Shown in pieces: positions 54,565-63,252 of a DNA stretch of 64,000 nt. The notes under the pieces were generated by a model that saw only the letters and a list, made by a program, of their open reading frames with translations, searched no databases and was not told the origin of the DNA. Each line of letters begins with the position of its first letter. Within the stretch, counting starts at the first letter, position 1. Position numbers and translations under genes: made by a program. The stretch comes from Diplonema japonicum. Lineage: Eukaryota; Protista; Euglenozoa: Diplonemea. The DNA is taken from NCBI GenBank assembly GCA_964019335.1, contig OZ025688.1:186001-250000 (forward strand), written 5' to 3'.

Positions 54565-54921
54565 ATGTCTGCTTTCAAGGTTCTCGCTCTCCTCGCCCTT
54601 GTGTGCGCCGCCAGCGGTATTGAGATCAGGGGTTGTGGTACCTCCAGCAACGTGAGCCTTACCATTGCCTTCGACACCTGTGAGAAGACTGAGCAGAGCT
54701 GGTCCAAGCTGGTCCTGGCCAGCGGTGCAGTGGCCAACAACACCGCCATTGCTAGCTTCACCACCTACTCTGACACTACCTGCGCTACCATGGTGGCAAC
54801 TACTTCGTTGACCTGCAACTGCGACGGTAAGACCAACACCGACCAGCAGATGGTGTGCTCCGCTTCCGCCATCCTCCCCTCCGCTTTCTTGATCATCGCC
54901 GCCATCATGGCGCTGTTCTAG
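54565..54921 (+). CDS. Surface protein array member 9 (subfamily C, copy 1)
   Basis: MSAFKVLALL..; protein identical to copies 2 and 3, with two synonymous differences seen. Confidence 0.92.
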   Translation: MSAFKVLALLALVCAASGIEIRGCGTSSNVSLTIAFDTCEKTEQSWSKLVLASGAVANNTAIASFTTYSDTTCATMVATTSLTCNCDGKTNTDQQMVCSASAILPSAFLIIAAIMALF

Positions 54922-55346
54922 AACGGCTTTGAAAGAGTTCGTTGCCTTTAAAAATTGCAACTTTATTCATGCTCATCCCCCCCCTCCATTTTCGCCCCCG
55001 CTTTTCTTTTTTTCCCCAGCGCAAACCCCTGCTTTTACTCAATATTTTTTATTTTTGGTGGTGCGTCTCTCCATCGCAGTAAAATCTTTTTTAAAAGCCC
55101 TCTTCCCCCCTTGTTCCTTTTGCCCCCCCCCCCCTTTTTTTAAGAATCTCACGCCATAAAAAAAAGCTGTCGTCAAGTTTTTTTAGGTATTTTTATTATT
55201 ATTTTTTTCAAAAATAAAAGTTTACTTTACCCCCTTTTTTTTCCCATCCCCATGTGCCCCCCCCCCCCCCCCCCCCCCGCGCTTACTTTTCTTAATAACT
55301 ACTGTAAAACAACAAATTGCCGGAAGTAAAAAAAACAAAAAAAAAA

Positions 55347-56084
55347 TAACTATTTATTTAGTGAAAATAAGATCGTATGATTTTCACGCGTGGTGGCAGT
55401 GGTTTAACGAGTGGGTATATGACTTCACGAGCGAAGCGAGTGAAGTAACATCAACGAGTTAAACATGCCACCACAAGTGAAAATCGGATCTATTTTCACT
55501 AAATCCGTTGTTTTATTTAACGTCAGTCAGATTTGAAAGGGTGGGGTATTACAGGTTACAAGTTACAAGTTAAAATTTTACTGGGGGTGCTTATGGTTGA
55601 TATTGATTGTCAAGGCATATCCTGTGTGGTGCGGGCTGTGCGTCCATGAGTGCTGACAGGACCTCGGTCTGGACCTGTGAGGCTGCTGCCTGGGTTGTTG
55701 AGGTTGCCCCACTAGCAGCTGTCACCGCTGCTGGCTTGCCAAGCCCACCTCTCTCCCCTTCTGTTGAGAGAGGCGACCAGATCCTTGAGTAACGTAAAAA
55801 GTGAGATTCCCAGATTCGAACTGGGGTTTCCAAAACAAGAGGCCTGTGTGGTAACCACTTAGGTGATTTCTTTTCCGTGTTTGCGCCCCCAACCCCTTGC
55901 TGTGCAGTGAAAATAGGGCAAGCGTGAATATAAAGTACTTTATATTCACTCATAAAGTAATTTTCATTTCTGCCCCTGTTTTCTTCCTAAAACAAGCCTG
56001 AAATCTGCAATGAAAATAAAGTGAAGCGTGAAATAATGTGAAATATTATATTCACTCCCACCCTTGAAAATCTGACTGGAGTTA
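55347..56084 (-). mobile_element. Non-autonomous Crypton-like element with terminal hairpin and asymmetric inverted repeat
   Basis: Second copy at 24203-24446; long hairpin at 55359-55501; AGTCAGATTTGAAAGGGTGGG pairs with CCCACCCTTGAAAATCTGACT; minus-strand remnant ..YALTININHKHPQ* resembles the recombinase tail VIININ. Confidence 0.8.
55801..55870 (-). pseudogene. Degenerate tRNA-like sequence
   Basis: Minus strand reads AGTGGTTA..CCCAG TTCGAAT CTGGG (perfect T-arm/B box) AATCTCAC TTTTT. Acceptor, D and anticodon arms are poor. Confidence 0.4.
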
Positions 56085-56143
56085 TATAAAAAAAAAAAAA
56101 AAACAGCCCTCATAACCTTTACAAACACATTCAAAAAAAAAAA

Positions 56144-56500
56144 ATGTCTGCTTTCAAAGTTCTCGCTCTCCTCGCCCTTGTGTGCGCCGCCAGCGGTATT
56201 GAGATCAGGGGTTGTGGTACCTCCAGCAACGTGAGCCTTACCATTGCCTTCGACACCTGTGAGAAGACTGAGCAGAGCTGGTCCAAGCTGGTCCTGGCCA
56301 GCGGTGCGGTGGCCAACAACACCGCCATTGCTAGCTTCACCACCTACTCTGACACTACCTGCGCTACCATGGTGGCAACTACTTCGTTGACCTGCAACTG
56401 CGACGGTAAGACCAACACCGACCAGCAGATGGTGTGCTCCGCTTCCGCCATCCTCCCCTCCGCTTTCTTGATCATCGCCGCCATCATGGCGCTGTTCTAG
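56144..56500 (+). CDS. Surface protein array member 10 (subfamily C, copy 2)
   Basis: CDS reads identical to copy 3. Confidence 0.92.
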   Translation: MSAFKVLALLALVCAASGIEIRGCGTSSNVSLTIAFDTCEKTEQSWSKLVLASGAVANNTAIASFTTYSDTTCATMVATTSLTCNCDGKTNTDQQMVCSASAILPSAFLIIAAIMALF

Positions 56501-57477
56501 AGCGGGTGAGGGCTTTTAAAAAGCGTATATTAGTTTAAACAATAGACCTCCCTCTTCACCCACCCCCTTACAATTTTTTTAAACTTTTTTCTTTTTTTTT
56601 TTTTTCTCTTTCTCTTTTTAAAAATCTTATTTTTCACTTTCATTTTATGCCGGATTTGGGATTATTGTATCATATTTATAACGTGCCGCATTTATGCTGT
56701 ATTTCCGAATATCGAATATTCTGTACCTTTCCCCCCGAAATTTTCCCAAAAAGTGGGACTTTTCACCGGTGCATGTGATCCCAAATCTAGTATTTTCTTT
56801 TATTTTCTTTTTCTTTTCATTTTTTTTTGTTGTTGTTTTATTCGCAAGGGCTATTATTTCACTCTCTCGGGGCTCTTCACGGGGAAGTAGTAAGGGTTTT
56901 TTTTCCCGGTAATAATCCTGCGCCGGTTTAGTTCTGGGCCAACTTTTCCACCCTGTCAGCTTCCCAAGCCCCCCAAAAGACTTCTGCTAACACAACACAC
57001 AGGTCAACAAGAAACCTCTTTTTTGCCCCCCCCCCCGTGATCCACTGTGTAGCTATTGATTTATGAAAAAAAAGGTGGATTTTACCCGAGGCTGATAATG
57101 TAATTTTATTTATTTCCTTTTGGTTCCAATGCGCAGCATTACAACGGAAATTAAGACAAGGGCTTGCTTGCACTGCTCGTCCTTGCTCCACGCCTTTAGC
57201 ATGGCAGTGATAAAGGGACCAGAAGTTCAATGGCTAAAACCTCCTTTGCACTGGACAGCGAAGTGCGTTATCATGTCGGCCTACCTGGGCTTTCTGGTGC
57301 ACTTTATTTTCCCGGCTCCAGCCAAAACCCCCTTAGAAGGAAGCCGGGAAAAAAAATAATAGCTATTTACTTGGCGGTAGGTAAGTGGTTTTATTTCACG
57401 AACGAGGGGTGACAAGGGTTACAAGAATTACATGGGGTTACAATACAAGCCTTTTTTTTCTTCTTTTTCTTTTTTGA

Positions 57478-58569
57478 CTAGGAGCTGTCGCTGTCGCTGT
57501 CAGGGTTGCAGGCAGGAGTCTGTACTTCCGGGGGCCTGGGTGCGGTTACTGAGCATGTGCTATTGATGTTTATGATGACTCCGGGTGCGATGTTTTGGAT
57601 GTTATACGTGGCACCTTCGGAGGCAAACGTAGTGGTTGAGCATTGGTAATTGTTGGGCATGTGTTGTCGGTAGCTGGCGGATGGATCTTGTTCGCGATGG
57701 TCTTCACAAGCAGCTTTGATCTGTTTATATAGCTTTCTGCGAAATCGATTTCCAACCATAGAACTTCATGAGTTCTACAGCTGATGCCCCATTTTCAACG
57801 GCTGCTGTTGCTGAAGACCTTCGCAGACTGTGCGAGGTGTATGTGCTTGGGTTTGGCTTCTTCAAGATTTCGGCTACTTTTTTAGTCACTTCCCGAACAG
57901 TGTTTATCCCTACCCTCTGACGCACGTATCCTTTACCATTTTGGTGGGATTTGTGCCACTGATACTCTTCTGCTCAGCAGGGAGGCGGCCACAGTACTCG
58001 TTGAAGGCGTCTTGAGCTGGTCCCTGGGGTATGAAAAGAAGGCTTAGTTCACCTGTAGAACCCCTTTGCTTCAGGCGAGTAAATGGTATCCAGGTGCCGA
58101 GGTCGTCTTTTTTAATGTTCGTGAGGAGCAGGGAGTACAGTTCCTCAGAGCGCACCGAAAAAACCAGCAACAAAAAAGGCTTTGTATTGACGAGATAGTT
58201 CAAGGGAATGGATTTGTGTTCTTTCAGGGCAAGGAGGGCATCGACATCCTCATTGTTAAAGATGTTTGCCTTCTTTACAGGCTTCTGGCGTTGTTCTTCA
58301 GCTCTTTTGATTAACCTTTTTAGGTCATCAAACTCGTCCTCACTTGACTTGTACTTCGCGATGTGGACTGCCTTCAACATGCTGAAGTAGGTCCACAGAG
58401 AAGAGGGACTGATTTCCTCCCTCAACTTTTTCACGTACTTCTCTATATGAAGGACAGTTGGAGCCTTCACCCCTGACTTCTCCACCAACTCGGACCAGGC
58501 CTTCTCGTACGGGTTTGCGGGTTTGCGTCTTTCCTGCCAGTCGCGCCTCTCTTTCTGCTGCTTTGGCAT
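57478..58569 (-). pseudogene. Tyrosine recombinase (Crypton-type) with about 3 frameshifts
   Basis: SPSSLWTYFSMLK, KKANIF, VRSEEL (R), RLKQ (K), QRVGINT, YTSHSLRRSSAT (HxxR), YGWKS, AESYI (Y) and VIININ tail, spread over four successive ORF segments. Confidence 0.92.
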
Positions 58570-58618
58570 TTGAAACCTAGAGAGTGGAAAATTTAGGCAT
58601 AAAAGTGGGCAAATTGGG

Positions 58619-58750
58619 AGGAAAAAGTAGTCCAATTTGGAACTGAGCCGAGGCAAAAGTTGGCCAATTGAGCTGAACCTGGGGGGATATTGACAAACTG
58701 AGAGGAAAAAGTAGCCCCACTGGGAACCGAACCGAGGCAAAAATTGGCCT
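58619..58750. repeat. Two imperfect ~47-bp direct repeats (period ~84 bp) upstream of the recombinase
   Basis: AGGAAAAAGTAG.CC.A.T.GGAAC.GA.CCGAGGCAAAA.TTGGCC occurs twice. Confidence 0.8.
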
Positions 58751-58933
58751 ACCGAGGCATATTATTTACCGGAAACCCCTATTACTTCACGGAAAACAGG
58801 CCATTATTTCACCGTGAAGTAATGAGATTTAGCGTGAAGTAATGGGCCCCCCAGTGAAGTAATTTCTGAAGAGTGAAAAAAAAAAAAAAAAAAGAAAATA
58901 AAAAACAGCCCTCTTAATCTTTACAAACACATT

Positions 58934-58963
<30 letters not shown>

Positions 58964-58966
<3 letters not shown>

Positions 58967-59320
58967 TCTGCTTTCAAAGTTCTCGCTCTCCTCGCCCTTG
59001 TGTGCGCCGCCAGCGGTATTGAGATCAGGGGTTGTGGTACCTCCAGCAACGTGAGCCTTACCATTGCCTTCGACACCTGTGAGAAGACTGAGCAGAGCTG
59101 GTCCAAGCTGGTCCTGGCCAGCGGTGCGGTGGCCAACAACACCGCCATTGCTAGCTTCACCACCTACTCTGACACTACCTGCGCTACCATGGTGGCAACT
59201 ACTTCGTTGACCTGCAACTGCGACGGTAAGACCAACACCGACCAGCAGATGGTGTGCTCCGCTTCCGCCATCCTCCCCTCCGCTTTCTTGATCATCGCCG
59301 CCATCATGGCGCTGTTCTAG
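58964..59320 (+). CDS. Surface protein array member 11 (subfamily C, copy 3)
   Basis: Identical to copy 2, including about 45 bp of 3' flank. Confidence 0.92.
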
Positions 59321-60420
59321 AGCGGGTGAGGGCTTTTAAAAAGCGTATATTAGTTTAAACAATAGACACACCCCTTACAATTTTTTTTCCTGAAAAAAAA
59401 CCCCCCTTTTTTTTAAAGAATTAAAAAACACCCTTTCCCCTTTAAAAAAGAAAAGAAAAAAAAAAAAAACTGCTAACGAAAGAACAGTAAAACCACAACT
59501 GGATTTTTTTTTTTTTTTTTTTTATTACACCCCGTTTTTTTTAAACTTTACTTTTCATCTTTCCAACTGGGAAAAAAACAAAAAAAAAACAAAAAAAAAA
59601 AAAAAAAAAAAAACAAATGCTCGCATTTTTTTTTTTTTTTGCCCTCCCTCCCCATCTCACGTTCTCTCTTCCCTTTCCCCCACCAGGGTTTCAGTAAATT
59701 TTTTTTTTCCCCCCGTTTTTTTTTTTTTTTTTTTTTTTTGAAGTTCCACCCCCTATAATTACCCTTTTACTTGGTCTTCGCCTTTGGCAGTTCTCTCTAA
59801 TATTTAGGACCGGGCGCCTCCTTGTCCTCTTATATTTTGTTCATTCGCCAGTAGGCATACCACCCAGTAGGTAAGAAAACTGTTTTTTTTTATTATTATT
59901 CCTCTCCCCCTTCTTCTTTTTTTTTCTTCCTCCCTTTCTTCTTTTTTTTTTTTTTTCAAAATAAATTTGAAATGCAAAAAAAAAAAAAAAAGAAAGGGAA
60001 AGAAAAGGAGGGGAAAAAAAGAAACAGGGGGGAAAAAAAAAGAAAGAAAAAACAGGGTCGATAATGAATAGTTTAAGGGGATAAATTAAAAGGAAAAAAC
60101 GGCGAAAAGACCAAGGGAGGAGGTTGGGGGGAAAAGAGAGGAAGAAGGGAACAGAACAAAACAGGGGGGGAGAAAAAAAGAAAGAACTTTCGCGTGAAGG
60201 GCGGGAAAGTGAGCCACCACCCATTATTTATTTATTTTTTTTAAAAAAAGTTTTTTCTCTCTCTCTTTTTATTTATTATCGCTCCCTTTTTTTTACCCCC
60301 CCCTCGTCATTTTTCTCTTTATTTATATATTTTATTTGCTTTTTTTTTTTTCAACAAAAAAACTAAATCAAAAAAAAAACAAGAAAAAGGGGGGAGGAAA
60401 GGGAAAGAGAAAAAAAAAAA

Positions 60421-61347
60421 ATGCCCGCCGGCTACGACATAATAGGCGATATCCATGGGCACGGAGGTAAGCTCATCGATCTTTTAAAGGCGTTGGGTTA
60501 CGAACAGAATAAAATAAAAAAATGTTTCAGACACCATTCAGGCGAAAGAAAGGTGATTTTTCTAGGTGATTTTATAGATCGCGGGACCGAACACGTTCTT
60601 GTGCTCAACACTGTAATGGACATGGTGAACGGGGGCGAAGCCGAAGCAGTTATGGGAAACCACGAGTTCAATGCCCTTGCCTTCCACACACCAGACGGAA
60701 AGGACGGGTACCTCAGGAAACACAGCAAAGCGAATATCAACCAACACAACACATTCCTGGAAGAATTCCCCCTCGGCGCCGAAAAAACACAAAATATTCT
60801 CAAATTCTTCTACACCCTACCACTATGGATCGAACGAGACGGTCTGCGTATCATCCACGCTTCCTGGAATCCAGATAAAATAGGATATCTTGAGCAAGTT
60901 ACAAACGGTACTCTCCGTTTAACACCTGAAATATTACATGACGCCTGTCAAAAAGGGCATAAAACATATGAAGCGATTGAAACTCTACTCAAAGGTGTAG
61001 AGGTTGACCTGCCTTCAGGGGTTTCTTTCACGGATCAGGACGGGACTGTCAGAACCCGGTCGAGGATTAAATGGTGGCTCCCGCCCACCAGCACCCTCCA
61101 CGATGCCATGCTTGCCGACGACATACCTGGCCTTGAGAACACCCCCCTCCCCCCTGATGTCCCCGGTTACCCACCTTCCGAACCACCTTGCTTCGTCGGT
61201 CATTACTGGTTCACGGGCGATCCTGAACCGTTGCTGCCAAACCTTGCCTGCACCGACTACGCCGTGGCGAAGGGAGGGAAACTGGTAGCCTACCGTTGGG
61301 AAGCAGGCGATACTAAACTGGAGGCTGAGAAATTCTTTTACGTCTAA
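60421..61347 (+). CDS. Bacterial-type calcineurin-like metallophosphoesterase (ApaH/PrpE-like)
   Basis: IIGDIHG, FLGDFIDRG, MGNHE, FVGHYW and NLACTDY motifs. Confidence 0.92.
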   Translation: MPAGYDIIGDIHGHGGKLIDLLKALGYEQNKIKKCFRHHSGERKVIFLGDFIDRGTEHVLVLNTVMDMVNGGEAEAVMGNHEFNALAFHTPDGKDGYLRKHSKANINQHNTFLEEFPLGAEKTQNILKFFYTLPLWIERDGLRIIHASWNPDKIGYLEQVTNGTLRLTPEILHDACQKGHKTYEAIETLLKGVEVDLPSGVSFTDQDGTVRTRSRIKWWLPPTSTLHDAMLADDIPGLENTPLPPDVPGYPPSEPPCFVGHYWFTGDPEPLLPNLACTDYAVAKGGKLVAYRWEAGDTKLEAEKFFYV

Positions 61348-61430
61348 TAATTTTTTTTTTTTTTTTGTTTGTTGGACAATTTCTTGACTTAAAACTTTTT
61401 TAAAACAGCAACGGAAAAAAAAAGAAAAAA

Positions 61431-61781
61431 ATGCTTAGATACACTCTGACCACCCTGCGATTGCCCATCACCACTGACAGTGTGCGCACAGGGGATCGGG
61501 ACTTTGTTTTTAATGCGGTGAAAGGGAACTGGAGATGGTTGGAGCACGCCTCACAAGAATGCAAGCAAGACAGAGCGATCGTGTTGGCGGCTCTCCGTCA
61601 GAACGGGGAAGCCTTCAAGTTCGTGGATGGCTCCCTGCGAGAGGACAAAGCGGTTCTGCTAGCCGCTCTAAGAATGAAACCCAGCCTCTGGGACGTGGTT
61701 CCAGAAGAGGTGAAGGACAAGAGATTCGTGAGCACAGCCGCTCGCGAGATATTAAAAGGGTCCGTTAACCGGGAGGCGTGA
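61431..61781 (+). CDS. DUF4116-repeat protein
   Basis: DRDFVFNAV..N...LEHAS, DRAIVLAAL.QNG.A and DKAVLLAAL repeats. Confidence 0.85.
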   Translation: MLRYTLTTLRLPITTDSVRTGDRDFVFNAVKGNWRWLEHASQECKQDRAIVLAALRQNGEAFKFVDGSLREDKAVLLAALRMKPSLWDVVPEEVKDKRFVSTAAREILKGSVNREA

Positions 61782-61950
61782 TTACTCTTTTTCTCTTTTA
61801 CAAGAAGATGCTTCTGATTTTTTTTTGAAACCTTCCCCCCCCCCATTCCTTCCCTCCCTTCCTTTTTTTTTATAGCCCGAACCGAGGCGTTAAAAAAGAA
61901 AAGGGAAGGAAAGGGTGGAAGGGGGGAAAAAAAAAAGAAAAAAAGAAAAT

Positions 61951-62247
61951 ATGGGTTCAACAAGCTCAAAACAAGAAGACAAATCGATTCAGCAGGTGAA
62001 CAACATGAGGAGTGCGAAGGGACGGGAGGTATGAAGAATCCCCTCCTCCCCCACCACCATCACCCCCAAGGCGTGTTACAGCGCGAAAGATGAATATTAC
62101 AAGTGCCTAGAGATCTCTGATGAGCAATGCACTGGTGAGATGGAAAATTACGAAACAATCTGCCCACGGAGCTGGAGGAATTATTTCCAAGATGGGAGGC
62201 GGAAGGAGCAGATTGTCGGTTCGCAGTTGGGCGGGTTGCGCAACTAG
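61951..62247 (+). CDS. COA6/COX6B-family protein (absent from the ORF track); intron 62029-62070
   Basis: Spliced translation MGSTSSK..GREACYSAKDEYYKCLEISDEQCTGEMENYETICPRSWRNYF fits CX9C-CX10C with PxSWxxYF. Confidence 0.88.
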
Positions 62248-62314
62248 TGTTTTTTTTTTTTTTTTTTTTTTTTTTCTTCTTCTTAGAAAAAAAATCCCCC
62301 TCTAAAGGAGAGAA

Positions 62315-62995
62315 ATGAGTATCTATGAAATACTATGTCCAGGGGACCGCCCCAGTCCATTGTGGCTGTTGGTGGCTGTTGTGCTGAATCTTACCATCAT
62401 CATCGTCGGCTTTACAGTGGAAACAGACAGGCAACGGCATGTGACAAACGGGTTCGTTTACTACTCAGATTGCAGAAGGCCGAAAACATGGATAGTGTAC
62501 TCTGTGATGGTCGCGATAGCCAACATCGGTTTCCTGCTGCACCTAGGCAACAGGATGTACCGGAAAAAGGACAAAGAAAAGGACAAGGAACCGTCGAGCC
62601 CTAAGGGCGACGTCTCAAAACCTGTCATGAAGCTGCTAGTGTACGATTTAGGGGTGTATATATACTCGCTCTTCTTTATATTTGTGGTAGTGTGGAGTTG
62701 TGTTCCTGCAGACGGCCCCGGATGGGCTGGTGGTGATGACCCCAAGTACCGCCTTCCTGCCTGCGCTCACCAGAACGACAAAGTCCACACCATCAGAGTC
62801 CTTCTCTGGACGTACGAGGCGTGCTGTCTTGCGTCGCTGCTCATCTTTCTTTGCTGCCCCGTTGTGCTCCCCTCCAAAAATCTTTTCTCATCAAAGCCCG
62901 CTGTCGACCCACAACACAAGGACTGCGAGCTCTCTCTCATGGGGTACCCCGGCCACTTCCTTGAGAACGATGTCCAAGAACTGGAGGCACGTTAA
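62315..62995 (+). CDS. Four-TM membrane protein
   Basis: Four hydrophobic segments; LLVYDLGVYIY. Confidence 0.8.
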   Translation: MSIYEILCPGDRPSPLWLLVAVVLNLTIIIVGFTVETDRQRHVTNGFVYYSDCRRPKTWIVYSVMVAIANIGFLLHLGNRMYRKKDKEKDKEPSSPKGDVSKPVMKLLVYDLGVYIYSLFFIFVVVWSCVPADGPGWAGGDDPKYRLPACAHQNDKVHTIRVLLWTYEACCLASLLIFLCCPVVLPSKNLFSSKPAVDPQHKDCELSLMGYPGHFLENDVQELEAR

Positions 62996-63252
62996 GCGAG
63001 GGGAGGGTTGAAAGGGGGGGGTGAAGTGTTCCATACAATACACGCCTTTCGTTTCTGTTTTTTTTTTTTTTTATACTTTTATTCTGACCATTTTCTCACC
63101 CCCCGTCCACATTCGTCTTAGTTCTGTGAATTCTACTTTTTTTTTTTTTGTCTTTCCATTCTTTTCGATTCGGCGGTTGGGAGGGGAAAGCAATACTCAG
63201 CCACAGGAGAGGGAGTCGTGGGTTCGGGGAGAAGAAAAAAAAAAAAAAGAAA

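Larger units (their letters stand above)
57350..58878 (-). mobile_element. Crypton-like tyrosine-recombinase element; left boundary uncertain, may extend to about 56850 or 56650
   Basis: Contains the YR pseudogene; repeated GTGAAGTAAT sites at the right end; left part resembles the 55347 element (TATTTA..GTTTTATTT.ACG..GTTACAAG). Confidence 0.8.

Noticed and set aside
56928-57230. Minus-strand 100-aa ORF as a second element gene (also 54085-54348)
   Set aside because: No motif recognised; cannot be supported without a database search.
58780-58870. CRISPR-like reading of the GTGAAGTAAT repeats
   Set aside because: Repeats and spacers are only about 10 bp, orientation is mixed, the host is eukaryotic and there are no cas genes.
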